Assembly (NCBI GenBank): GCA_003971905.1 | Contig: RSEE01000034.1 | Coordinates: 248,001 to 312,000, forward strand | Length of the DNA: 64,000 nt | Reading direction: 5' to 3' | Source of the DNA: Moniliella sp. 'wahieum' | Lineage: Eukaryota | Translations under genes and position numbers: made by a program | The notes under the pieces: generated by a model | Seen by the model: the letters and a program-made list of their open reading frames with translations, nothing else | What the model was told of the DNA's origin: nothing | Databases searched by the model: none | Shown: piece by piece, positions 12,581-24,900 of the stretch | Layout: each line of letters starts with the position of its first letter | How positions within the stretch are numbered: position 1 is the stretch's first letter

Positions 12581-13677
12581 TGATGAGGCCTGGAGTCCGG
12601 ATGGTCCTCGAGGGTAATGCAATCGCACTGGTGGTGGTGGTCTAAGCCAACCAGAAATGCCTACAGAGGAACAACAAGCAGCAAGTCGCCACCGGGGGCT
12701 AAGCTGCGGAACCAAAAGGAAAAACAGAAGGGAGAAACAACCGAACTCCCAGGCCTGAGGCCTGAGTGTCACGGGCTGCGGCGGACACGAGATGGTCCGA
12801 CCGAAGCTAAGGCCCGCTTGCTCCGCACATGCCCAGTAGAGCGTGCTCCGCAAACCAACCGAGTGTGATGATGGTTGGCTAAATTAAGTATCGTGGCCGA
12901 AGGGCCATGCTCAGCGCGACAACAGTCGCCTCCCGCCCAAGTCCACGTCGGCCGGCCTAAATAAGGCCACCGAGCTTCCAATGCCGTGGCGACGTCTGCC
13001 GCCTCGTCCCCGTTTCCTTTTCCTTTCTCGGTCGCGCCTGCGGCGACCAACCCCGCTTTTGACATGTCTTCCTTTCTACACCCCCTCTTGTATCCGTTTC
13101 CCTTTTGATCCTGCCTGTACCCCTGGTTGATGGGGATCTTTTCCCCCACCTTCCATTCTCGTCCTTCTCGTCCTTTCTCGTGTCAACCCCTCGTCTACCT
13201 CCGGCCTATCCTGTCCGACTCCTGCCCGTTTCCAGCCAATTCATCCAGTACAGGCAGCTCCTCTTGTTAGCGTCCGACTTCTCCTCCGACCTCGTCTTCC
13301 AGCCCTTCGTCAGCCCAATCGCGCGAGCCCTCCTTTGGTCGCGGCGATTCCCAGTCTCAGTTAAGGCAGTGTTTGTCCGCCGCTGCCTCCTCCCGTCCCT
13401 AAGTCCCGGAGGCTTCAGACACGTTACTACGGCCCAAGCCGGTGCAGACGCAGCCTTGCCACACGTGCAGCCGCCCCACCAAAGGCCTCTCCTCGTCCCT
13501 AGCTCCGCTCAGACGCACCAACCAGCCTAAGCCCGAAACTACTGTGAGTCGACCTACCGTCGCCTAAGGGATTGTACCCCAAACCCCAGGGCAGGCCCCC
13601 TGGCGGTGCCCGCCCGTGACACTGAGGAGGAACTGAAGGGACATTGGCCAAAGCACGAGCCTCTCGATGGCTCAACA
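12581..13677. mobile_element. Solo LTR family A, copy 1 (~240 bp, interrupted by nested LTR B)
   Basis: TGATGAG..CTCAACA termini. Segments 12581-12766 and 13622-13677 align with the uninterrupted copy at 16630-16859. Flanks AGAAT/TGAAC are only an imperfect TSD. Confidence 0.8.
12767..13621 (+). mobile_element. Solo LTR family B (855 bp), nested in LTR A
   Basis: Perfect 10-bp terminal inverted repeat TGTCACGGGC..GCCCGTGACA and exact 5-bp TSD CTGAG (12762-12766, 13622-13626). An internal TAAATAAG followed by a pyrimidine-rich tract suggests + orientation. Confidence 0.9.
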
Positions 13678-14883
13678 TGAACATGCATGAACTGTCTGTC
13701 CGTTTACCTTTTTCTTCGCACCGGTCACTAGGTCACTACATATTGCCTAGTTGCATGGCAATATTTGCTTCGCGCAAGTGACTCTGCCCGGCAGGCGTCT
13801 CAGCGGCCTCACGTCGCAGGGCAGCACAGCATGCTCTCCAGCCTCCAGCACCATGCTTCTGTTTTTGGGGTGATGCATGATGATCGATTAAACAGCGGCC
13901 CCAGGCCTCAATTTGAGATGTACAGTCAATTCACGCTCCGCAAATCTCAGCTCGATCGACACCTGGGAGAATCCGACCCCTGGTGGGGAAGCGACCACAC
14001 AGCTGCATCCCTTTTACGCGAACTGCATGCTCCCGCCCACCACCTTTCCCGCCATCTTCATCTTTCTCTTGAGCCAGTACTGCCACTCTACAATACCTCC
14101 CTCCCGGTCAGGGCGCCCCAGTAACCAGCACGCCGCTCGCCGCCGGGACCACGACGTATCAACCCTGAGCCGGAGCCCGTGGTGGAGATTGCTTTCGAAG
14201 GTGACGAACCGTCCCCTGAAGAACCACCTGGTGGCACCATTGGGCTCAACAGCGATTCTGACGGCGACTCCGGCGTCGGAGAGGGAAATGAGTAGTACGA
14301 ACCGAGAGTTACGTTGTAGTGCCTCCTCCCTCCCTCGTTCCCGTGTTGGTTCGTGAAATGATTATGCGGGGTCAATTGAACCAGCAGACGACGACAATGA
14401 ACAACGAAGAAGTTGCGCTGGATCTTGACGCCGTCACCTTGTTCCCCCGCACAATGGACGCTGACGAAGAGAGCCCCGTTAATCAGGACGAATTTGCTGA
14501 CATTCGCCCTCTTATCTGGCCCTTTCGCCGGAGGATGGGATCCACATTTCATCGATCCCCTCGTTACAAGGGCAACATGCATCGCTCAGCGAGGAGGGCC
14601 TATGGAAGATCAAGACTCTTCGGGTGCTCTTTTTGTCAAGCAATGCGAAGCAGGAATCGTTGGCCAGGGGCTTTACCATGTCCAAACCACGCCAGCACGT
14701 CGAACGCTTGCTGGTGCACAAAAAGGTCAGGACCATCAGCTCTCGCCGCACACCCCAGGATTACTTTTACGCAAAGTAGGGAAAAAGAAGAGAAGATAAC
14801 GCGAGCAAAAGAACCTTGCAACTCAGACCACTAAGTCAGTTGGCCCACAAAGCAGGATGAACCAAACTAGTGCGGAACCAAAC

Positions 14884-14925
14884 TGTTGAGTCTCAAGTCC
14901 AGATGACGTGGTCCGATATTCAACA
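14884..14925 (-). repeat. 42-bp TG..CA segment at the 3' LTR position of the Copia remnant
   Basis: On the minus strand TGTTGAATATCGGACCACGTCATCTGGACTTGAGACTCAACA has 6-bp inverted ends and lies immediately after the PPT (14926-14934). Confidence 0.65.
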
Positions 14926-16629
14926 CTCCTCCTCATCAAGCTTGGGCAGAACGGTTAAGTCAAGCATGCCCAGCTTGATGTTGTGCTCAACGAACCGAGG
15001 ACGCGGGAGAGCCTTCGTGAACCCGTCGGCCAGCATCTCTTGCGTGGGAGCATACACAAACTTGAGCTTACCAGACCGATGCACCTCGTGCAGACGTTGG
15101 AGCTCAACGTCGAAATGTTCGGTCCGAGCATGGGCCGAGTGGTCTTGGATGTACGCCAGTATCGCTTGGTTTTGTCGCAGTGAATGACAATCGCGCCCTC
15201 CTGAATCCCAAGATCCTTATTGACCAGGTGTTTCAACCACGTGCCCTCCTTCATTGCGACAAATACAGAATGCAACTCGGCTTCCTGGCTGCTGAGAGCA
15301 ACCTTGGTTTGCTTCTTCGTGTACCATGCCAACGGTCCCCCGGCCAGAGTAAACACACCGCCACTCAGGCCCCGACGATCCCAGTTCTCTGAAAAGTCAG
15401 CGTCGCACCATCCTTGCAGCCCTCCAGCAGCGGCATCTCGCTTGTAGACAATCCCAGTGTTAGCGGTATGTCCAACACAGGAAATGAGGTTCTTGAGCAA
15501 AGTCCGAGCGATGGAGTTGGGCTTCTGCTGGAAACGAGTAACAACGTGAAGGGCATAGCAAAGAATGGGACGCGTACCAATTGCTTGATAAAGAACCGAA
15601 CCGACAGCAGCGCGATAGTTGATGGAGAACCCTTTTACCTTTTTTGCTCCTCCTGATCCTCCTGTCCTCCTGATCCTCCTGCTCCTCCTGATACTCCTGT
15701 TCCCTCTGCTCCTCCTTGACCGCCGCCGACGCTTCGTTCAGTTCGTTCTTGGGCATGGGTAGCGCGCGTGGCTTTGCGCCTTCCAATCCGACGCGAGCCG
15801 GAAGCATCCTTGAAGCCCCAGCCTGATCTAGTGAAAGAATGCCCTTGGCGCGGCCATACTGCCCCCTAAAACCCAGAGCCGATCGCACAGGGCCAAGTGA
15901 GTTGATTACGACCTTGGATTGAAGCTTGGCCAGAACCGCGGCGGACCAGGACTCCGAAGGACTGCTAATGAGGATATCGTCCACCCAAGTGATCAAGCAC
16001 ATGCACCGAGTACCGTCACGCAACTGTGGTAGAGGCAGGGGTCACTGGGCATCGTCACAAAACCAATAGAAAGGAGGGCATCATGGAGCATCTCGTACCA
16101 GGCGCGGGCTGTTTCCTTTGTCCCGTATAAACTTCTTGACCAAACGCAACACCTTCCCTGGGGGCACATCTGTTACCCCTTCGGGAACCGCAATGTACAA
16201 CCCCTCCTTCAGTGTGCTTTGAGTAAACGCACTCACCGCATCCCAATGGAGAAGGACCGCCCCTGTGAGCACCGCTTGCGCGCACGAGCCCGCCAAGTTG
16301 TCAAAACCTGGCAACCGGAGCGTACGTGTCAAAGTAGTCCACCCCTTCGACCTGATGGAAACCGCGGACCACCAGTCGAGCCTTGAAGCGAGTCACTTTT
16401 GTCCCGCGGCGTCGCGCTTGACCTTAAAAACCCACTTTGTGCTTAGAGCACGCCGCCCCGTGGGCAGCGCCTGAGGAGTCCACGTCCCATTCTTGGCTAA
16501 CGTTTCCAGCTCTTGAGCCACTGCTTCGCTCCAGCGAGGCCACAGCGGCGACCGCATCGCTTGCTTGAATGTCTTCGGTTCGTCCAGATCATCGTCAACC
16601 GTCAGGGCATGGAGCGCCCTGGAATGGGT

Positions 16630-16859
16630 TGATGAGACCTGGAGGCCAGATGGTCCTCGAGGGTGATGCAATCGCACTAGTGGTGGTGGTGGTCTAAGCC
16701 AACCAGTAACGCCTACTGAGGAACATCAAGCACCGAGTCGCCACCAGGGGCTAAGCTGCGGAACAAGGAAAAACAGGAGAGAGAAAAAGCAACGGAACTC
16801 CTAGGCCTGAGGAGGAGCTGAAGGGACATTGGCCAAAGCAAGAGCCACCTGGCTCAACA
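16630..16859. mobile_element. Solo LTR family A, copy 2 (230 bp), inserted in the Copia pol
   Basis: TGATGAG..CTCAACA termini with an exact 5-bp TSD TGGGT (16625-16629, 16860-16864). Homologous to copy 1. Confidence 0.9.
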
Positions 16860-17199
16860 TGGGTGCTCCATCCGCAGTCGTGGTCAACGTCGCCTTGCCC
16901 GGTTCATAAAGTTGGGCGAGCGACGCGTCCGCCCAGAGCGACGCAGAACGACGTCGCCCGTTGCAGGTTCCAGAGGCGCATTCCCATGAACCAGCTCTGC
17001 GGGCCTCCCCCAGTAGGGGCAACTGGTGGTGGCGACTGGCCACAACCCGTTCCCAGCAAAGCCTCAACATCTGTGACTCACTCGAATCCGCCGAGTCGTA
17101 TTCCTCCATCGTGCCATCCGGCATACTCACATCCGAGTGCTCTGCCGCGCCATCGTTGCCATCACCATCTGTGTGTGGTACGGGGGCAGGAGTAACCCA

Positions 17200-17292
17200 T
17201 GTCACACGCCACATCCCATGTCACAGCCCCTATCACAGCGCGTGTCACAGCTATGTCACAGCCCATGTCACATGTGATCGCACGTGTCACGT
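17200..17292. repeat. Degenerate TGTCAC-core tandem cluster
   Basis: About six TGTCAC(A/G) copies plus variants in ~90 bp, at the point where Copia homology stops. Confidence 0.7.
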
Positions 17293-18089
17293 CGCACTCC
17301 TACTAAGTGGGTGCGTCCCCCCTCCCATCAAGCTCGAGATCCAGTCGAGGACGATATTTAATGCCTCCTCTCTCATCCCCCACAGCGGAGGCATACCAGG
17401 AAACTCCTTTCACACCGCTTCTATCAGCTCTCCCATAAAATCCCCCTCCTTTGGGCTGGTGACGTGACCCATATTCCCGATCATGTCCCTCGGGCAACAA
17501 AATAACCTATGGCACAACTTGTCATGGGCGGGCCCCGCCAGGGGGTTCCTGTGACCAAACAGGTATCGGGGGTACAATCTCTTAGGAGACAATCGGACGA
17601 CTGACGGTAGTTTCGGACTTGGATCGGGTGGTGGATTCGAGGGGATCAAGGCATGCGGAGAGGCCGTCGGGCGTGAAGCAGACGCGGCTGTAGGTGTGGC
17701 AAGTCTGCGTAGGCACCGGCTTGGTGGGCTGTAGTAACGTGTCTGAAGCCTCCGATGATTACGAACGGTAGAGGCAGGGGAGGACAAACCCTGCCGAATT
17801 ACGTCAGGCGTATTTCTATGTCAACGCGTCGATGCAGGCCCAGGAGCTTGATGACTTAATCGAGTGGATGACCCGAGCGGAGTTGTATTTGTTGTCCCAA
17901 GACATCGTCGAGAGCCGCAACCATTCCCGTAACTCGCCATGGCTAACTCCCAGGTTCCAGCCGCGCGCGCGTAACACCAACAACTATAATCACTACGGGC
18001 CGACAACCTAGGCGGGGCGGAGGTCCGTCCCGTGGGCCAAGTTTCAGCTCAGTATTGAACAGTACGCCCGTCGCCGCGAGGGTGGTCTC

Positions 18090-18180
18090 TGCATACGCAT
18101 GCGCTGCGGGCAAGGGGGGTCATTGGCGTAGCGAGTGTCCTTTGGGCCAGAATGGTCATCGCCCCGGGCAGTGTGGCCGT
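18090..18180 (+). pseudogene. Retroelement gag CCHC zinc-knuckle relic
   Basis: Allowing one indel in a G run it reads C..RCGQGGHWRSECP, followed by a second partial knuckle GQNGHRPGQC. Confidence 0.55.
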
Positions 18181-18779
18181 CGATTTCGGCACCAAGGGGG
18201 GTCAGTCGCCCAGCCAAGGGGATCGGGCCTGGAGAGCGGCGAGGCCAGCTCGACGTCGAGCGCGCCGCAGCAGGCGCGTGATTAGGGGCAAGGGCTCCGC
18301 CGTATTGGATGCGTGCCACGGCCATCTATTCCGTCGTGACGGCCGTCTAGCACCGCACCCACACGTTTCCAGAGGGTTATGCGCAAATACGGGTACGTCA
18401 TGACTCCCCTCTCTGTCCCCCTCCAGGGGCGGCGACGGGATGGGCAAAGGAGCTAATCAGGTCAGGTTACTCGCTCTTGCCTTTTGCCTTTTAACCTGGG
18501 CGGTCGAACGTTCAGCCACCAGTTTTCTGATTACATCAATTCCGCGCTATGCAACGGTCTTGGTTACCGACCTTCTGTACGCCAATGAGGTGTCGGTCTC
18601 CTTTGCTCGAGGAGTTCAGCCGAGCGTAGCTTCTAAGGGGGCTGGCCCCCAATCGAGGGTTGTGGTATCATGGACATACGTCTAGTCTCGGCACCCCGTT
18701 TCAAATACGGGCTTCAAATCTCATCGGCAGAGGCATGTGTGTGGATCGACGATCAGTGCGAGGTGGTTGTCCGAGTCTG

Positions 18780-19600
18780 AAGCACTGCGGTATCCCTTGC
18801 CCCACGATGTCAAGCCCCAGGCAGGGCACCATGGAGGAGAGCACACGTACGATCAGCTGACGCGGTGGTACGATTGGCCCGGCATGACCTTCGATACGCC
18901 TCGCTACATGGGGACGTACTCGTCGTGTCAAACTGCCAAGAGCCATCATCATCGTTCCTATGGTCTAACATCCGTTTGAAGTACCAGCTCGGCCTTGGTC
19001 CACTTTCAGCATGGATCATTTCGGTCCCTTGCCAGAGGGAGGGCTTGTTGAAAGCAAGGGCGAGACGCTGAACATGGTCGTGGTGGATTGGCTGTCCATT
19101 ATGGTGGTGCTCATTTCGTGCAGCTCGAGCGCCGCGGCAGGTCGCTTTGTCGAGCGGCTGACGCAGAAGGTGTTCCAAGTGTGGATTGACCACCGAGATA
19201 GTGAGCGGCAGAGGGCCCTTATGCACTTCCTCCTGGGTGGGTGGCTTTTACTACACAACAAGCATGGCATCGGCCAAACATGGCCACTACCTAGCATCCC
19301 TAGTACGATGTGCAGTCGGAGAGGTTTTTGTCGACTTCTTGGTTCAGACTCGTCTGTACCATTTCGTTAACCATATGCAATCCGATTATTGGGTCGAATA
19401 CCTGCCCTCTACTGCCTTTGGGCTCAACACTGCTCTCTTCGCCTCAACAGGATTGTCTCCGTTCTACATCATTCATGGGCTCCAGCCGCGCAAACCAGGT
19501 GACCCAGTCGCTGCCGCCCGCCCGGGTGAGCCAAACGAGGAGCATCAAGTGGCTTGTGCCATGCAACTGAGGCGTTCAATGCCAAGAAGCTGCGCTCAAA
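18780..19600 (+). mobile_element. Ty3/Gypsy integrase remnant
   Basis: HD..GHHGGEHTYDQLTRWYDWPGM..D..Y..SCQTAK (HHCC region); MDHFGPLP..VVVDWLS; WVEYLPSTAFGLNT..STGLSPFYIIHG. Frameshifted. Confidence 0.85.
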
Positions 19601-20175
19601 CGCGCTCCCCAAACCTGAGCCTAAGTGGAAGTCGAAGTTGAAGGTTATCTTGCGCCGCGAGCGGGTGGAGGTGCCCGGCGAACGAGTCCTTCTTCCGCCA
19701 TGTACCAACAGGAGCATGATCACAGAGGGCCCGGGTGCAGCGGAAGCGTACCGCCATGTTCGATGCCGACCTTGACGCGACCCTCGATCGGTTTGAACAA
19801 CATCTCCAACAATTTGGAGTCAAAGAGTGGGACGACAACGCCTCCTTCTCCTCCGAATCTTCAGACGAAGAGTGGGACGGGGAGGCGAGTGACTAGTGAA
19901 GAATACTCTGAGCCCGATGAGTCCTTCGTGCAGAACCTGATCAGGAAGGAGACCGATAAACTCACCGTCAGTAGAAAATAGTAGCTCGTCTCCACCCCTA
20001 TCACCATACTTTGACGTGCTGTCGTCCGCAACGCATCCATCGTGAAAAAGGACGCGCCCATTAATATGTCTTTGGGGTATACCAACCCGTTCTCCCTCAC
20101 TTCTTCTCCAATGCCATCCGGTGTCACAAAATTATTACGGGGCGCTCCGGTTATCTCCGGACGCTGAGCCCCGCA

Positions 20176-20890
20176 TGTCGTAGAGACATCTCAGCCCAAC
20201 ACACGTCAGTCCGATTAGACTAGCGAGAGAGAGTCAGTCGACACCTTATCCTTGCTGCGGATATCATCCGCGGCCCGCCATGGTCGCATGAGCTTATCGG
20301 TACGATGCTTTGTGCCCATTGGGTCCAGTCTTGTCAGAACCCTTCCTGCTGCGCCCGACTACGCACCTTCAGCATCTTGGAAAGCAAGGGCTGTGCATTA
20401 GTCTTTACCTCTCTGGGAAGTGCTCCACATTTTGTCTATACTTGTCATGAGGCACTTGAGGCCTGGTTCCTTCTCTGCTGTATACTAGCAGCCATGTCTA
20501 ATAAGGCCTAAGGCTTACTAGCTGTGGTCCTTGTCGACCATCCTGTCTCCTACCTTTCGTCTCCACGACTACCAGTTCCTCTCTCTCCCGTCCGCCTTCT
20601 ACTACCCTTCGCTTTTACGAATTTACGACTTACGTCGATCACTTTGCAAGCCGCGGTTACTTTCAGTAGCGCTTTCTCTTCTTTAGGACTCTGTCTGTTC
20701 CCGCCTACTACAGCATACCGACTGTGGTAACGCTGCGAGGAACAGAGGATCACTTCGGAGCTCCTGGACCCTTTCAGCTGGTCTAGCGACCTACGTACGC
20801 CGCGCCTACCTCGGAGGGTCTGAGAGCTGAGCTGCGGCCTTTGCACGCAGGCAGCCACCTAAACTAGAGGGTCTCTCCCTTGCCTCTACA
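20176..20890. mobile_element. Candidate solo LTR family C (~715 bp)
   Basis: Begins TGTCGTAGAG and ends CTCTACA. Flanks CCGCA/ACGCA match 4 of 5. Non-coding, with internal TAATAAGG followed by a pyrimidine-rich tract as in LTR B. Confidence 0.5.
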
Positions 20891-21975
20891 ACGCACGTTC
20901 AACCAGGATCTGAAGCTTGAAGCCGGCCTAACATACGTAACGCTAATGCCATGTCCAAGGGCTTTCACCCCTGAATTACCGGCGTCGGGCTTCATCTCGG
21001 GGCTCGCCCCAGGCCCCATGATGCATGACATGTAACACATGTGACACCTCTCCCCCTCTTCCTTCTTCGTAGCTGCTCCATTGTCACAGCCGAGATGGAG
21101 CGAATGCATTATCGATTCCTGTTTTCTCTCTTTGGCATAATACCTCGAACTGTCCGCGCGTTTCTTTCTTCCCTTATCATTAACATTGCTCGTTTTATGT
21201 GGCTCCATATAAGACCCTGTCTACGACCCTCCATCTCCCCTTCTGGAGCCGGTCCCACTCCCCCCCCCCCCCCCCTCCGCGTGTTCCCCTTCGAAATCGC
21301 ATTACTCCAACCTTATCCCTTGTGCCCCGTTTTTGTGCGCCTCCAATAAGATTTTATCTGCGACCCTCGGCAGGGTACGGGGGGTGAGATAGCAGGGCAA
21401 TTCATCGGGCCAGGGGCTCACTCTTACTCCGCATCCGTCGCCATTCATCGATCATCGATCATCCCCCTCGTACATAGAAGTGACGTTTGCCCACCAGGCT
21501 CGTCCTAGACTCTCCACCGATGGGCCTGCAACTAGGCCACACTGCAAGCACGACTAACAGGCAGACTACTAATAAGGCGCGCGGGTGGCCGGCTATGTGG
21601 ACGGCGGCACGAACGCCTGCTACTATGCAGGCCGCACACCCTTCCTCCAGCCGGATGCTACGACCGCTGCAAGCTATACCAAAAACCCAGAAAAAGCCAA
21701 GGTGCACAGTCCGGATTCATGTCTGTACGATAGAACGAGAACAAAAACAAACAGTCAAGTGGATCGCATCTGGCAAGCCGAGCTTGCACACGGCAGACCC
21801 AACAGCCAACAGCTTGGGGTCAAGAAAAGCAAGAGGGAAGGAAATATAGGGGAAGCGGGAGGGAGAGGGAGAGAGGGGGGGGGGGCAATAAAGACTGGGT
21901 AAAAGGTGCAGGAGGGTATGGGGTCTGTCACGCAGCAGCGCACAGGCTCATGGCTCACGATTCACGGCTCATGGC

Positions 21976-24900
21976 TCACGGGCTTGTCTGGGACCAGGGG
22001 GGCGAGAGGGGGTTGAATTCCACCTGCTTCACTTCGGCGCCTTCGGTGGGGGCGGCGGGGGAGCTGACCTCCTGCTCCATCCTTCGCACCAGCGCTTCGC
22101 CCTCATCATCCGCTTCGTCCACGCGGTACTCATCGGTCCAAGCTTCGCGCTCGGCGGTGCGCGCGGCCATCTGTTTCCTCTTCTGGCGGTTGAATGGGTG
22201 GCGCATCCGTCGTCCCCACGCACCCGGCACACTCTTCTTCTTCTTCTCCGACACCTCTTCTTGCGAGAAACTGTAGCCTCGGTTGGGCCGAGCGGTGCCG
22301 GTCAGCATATCGTAGTGCACGCTGCTCGACCGGCTTGGCATGGGGCGCAGCGCCACGCCTTCCCCGGTCGCAGGCAGCGACGGGCCATACGCCTGCAACG
22401 CGCGCAGGCCCGGCATGGCAGGGTCGTGCACAAAGTCATGGTTCGGGTCGAGCTTGTGAATGTACCGGCAAATATCGACATCGGTCGGTGCCAAGACCGA
22501 CTTGCCCACCTTCCACACAAACCGAGGCAAGAGGGAAAGCAAGATGGTCAGCGCACCACAGAACCAGAAGTAGGCCGAGTCGTAGAGCAGGTGGTTGTTG
22601 CCCCATGAGTAGGTCCACATCGTCTTGGGGTGGAAGGCAGCATAGATCGGCGCAAACACCCAGATCAGGAAAGGACCAATGCCCACCGCAAATAGCATCC
22701 AGTACGTGATCACGCGCGCGTCCAAAGCCAGGAACATGTTCGATACCATCACCGACGCAATCGCCATCCCCGTGCTCCACTCGTACAGCGAGATGTCCCA
22801 GCCGTTGGAATGAGCCGTGGTGGTCTTGTACGTGTAAGCCCAGAAAAAGTAGCAGACAATGCTTTGGTAGACCGAGTCGAGCATATAAACAACAAACGTG
22901 CCAAAGCCAAAGTAGTACCCCTCACGAGATTGCCGGTAAAGCTCGGGAACTTCCATCAGAACGCGGTCCGACACATTGCGGTCAAAGAGACCCATGCCAA
23001 TCACGCCTGCCAAGGTCCAGAACGAATTCCAGAAGAGGATGTAAACGTAGTCTTGACCTTGGGCGGTGGACCAACCACAATGAACCTGGAACCAAAAGAG
23101 GATCATGATCGAGAGCACGTTCTTGGCGAAAAAGTTGACGATTAGCGTGCCGTTGCGGTAAAAGTCCCAGTGGCCGTGCACAAGGAGCAGACGCTTGAGA
23201 TACCGGAACTGGGCAATGGAATAGTCCGACGCATTCACTGCCTGGAGCCCTTCCTCTCCGGCAATGCCCACACCCACATGGGCTGCCTGGATCATCGACA
23301 CATCGTTTGCACCATCGCCAATGGCGAGACAGATCGCCCCAAGACCCTCCTTGACCAGTCGGACCACCAACGCTTTCTGCAACGGAGACACCCGGCAACA
23401 GATCACAGCTTTGCAGCGTGTTGCCGTGTGCAGGAGCAATTCCCGAGTTGTGCCCTCGTAGAGTGCATGCGCCAGAGCAGCGCCATCAATCACCAGGGCA
23501 TACCCGCCGGCGCGGGTGCCATTGTCCTCTCCTACCATCGAAGGTTGGGACGCCATAGACGCACGGTTAGGCCGGTAGCCGCCTCCCTGCACTTCGGGGC
23601 CGCCGAGCGCGGCGTGTTCGGCTAGGATCTGACGCAAGCCATCGTCATCGGGGAAGAATCGTGTGGCGGCCGTGTGAAGCTGGTCGTAGGCAGAGTTGTC
23701 TTCTCCCCTCGCGCCACCACGAACAACAATGAGGTTCATATCCTTGGCCAAAAGCATCGTGCTGTATCCAATCGCAATCGCAGTCTCGAGCTTGTCGCCC
23801 GTCGCAACCCATACCTTGATTCCGGCCCGCTTCAAGTCGGCAATTGTCTCCGGCACCCCGTCTTGGAGTTTATCCTCAATTGCACTTGCACCCAGCAAAA
23901 TCAAGTCCCGTTCCAGTGCCGATGCCACATCTTCCATCTTCTCCTCCCGGTTGACCAGAGAGACCGAGGCTTCATTGTATCGGAAGGCCCAGTCGTCAAA
24001 CGCCTCGGCATCGAGAGGCTTATAGGCGAGGCAGAGAGTCCGCAATCCCTTATTGGCAAAGTCCTCCAGAGCATCGTCCGTCGCGTCTTTGAGCGCATCC
24101 TGTCCAGGCGCACAGCGTTCAAAGATGATCGAGTCGGCGCCTTTGGCAAGCAAAAGCACTTGGCCATCGCTTAAGCGCTTCACAATCACACTCATCCGCT
24201 TACGTGCCGAGGTGAACTCGAGCACCGTCAATAGCTCGTACTCCTCCAGCGTCTCCGAGTCGGGCGTTTGCAAGCGCAACGTGCTGCGATCCCTCCCGGA
24301 AAAGACAAAGCCCACATCCGAGGCAGCTTGTACCAGGGCCTCTTCGTCCGGGGAGGAAGCCATGTACTTCAGTTGGCCTTCCGGCGTTGTTCCAGTGGAG
24401 ACCGTGTGGCACAAACTCATGCAGCGGAAGAACTGCCCAAGCGCTTGAGCCTCAGGGGTACCCGTTTTGCGCAAGGCCTGGGTCACCTTTGGATCAATGA
24501 ACATGGGCGCAGAGCTGACCGCTGCGCGTGGGGGTTCGGAACCACTAAACTGCGGGGTCGGAGGCACTCCCGCATCAGACGACGACGTTCCCGATCCCGA
24601 CCGAGACTTTTTGGGTGCCACGAATCCCATGCCCAAATCCTGTACCTCCTTCCTTCTCTGCCTTCTCTTCCTTGGCCTCATCAGACGCTTGACCGTAAGA
24701 TACACCCGCAACGGAAAATTGCCGGAAAATCATCAAGTTTTGCGTGAGGGTGCCGGTCTTGTCCGAGAAGATGTACTCGATTTGGCCCAGGTCGTCCGAC
24801 AAGTTCCAGGAACGGGCGGTGGTGCGTCGATGGATGGGCGCATAATACATCTGGATATCGTCAAAGATAAAGTAAGCCTGGACTAGGCGTACAAACTCGA

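Larger units (their letters stand above)
14884..17200 (-). mobile_element. Ty1/Copia retrotransposon remnant: RT + RNase H + PPT + LTR-like end; 5' part (gag/PR/IN) absent
   Basis: [43 protein letters not shown]; RNaseH GWCDADF..SGGVFTLAGGPLAWYTKKQTKVALSSQEAE. The polypurine tract GAGGAGGAG abuts TGTTGA. Many frameshifts. Confidence 0.92.

Noticed and set aside
12581..16859. One full-length LTR element bounded by the two LTR-A copies
   Set aside because: Copy 2 has its own exact TSD on both sides and the outer flanks of the pair do not match.
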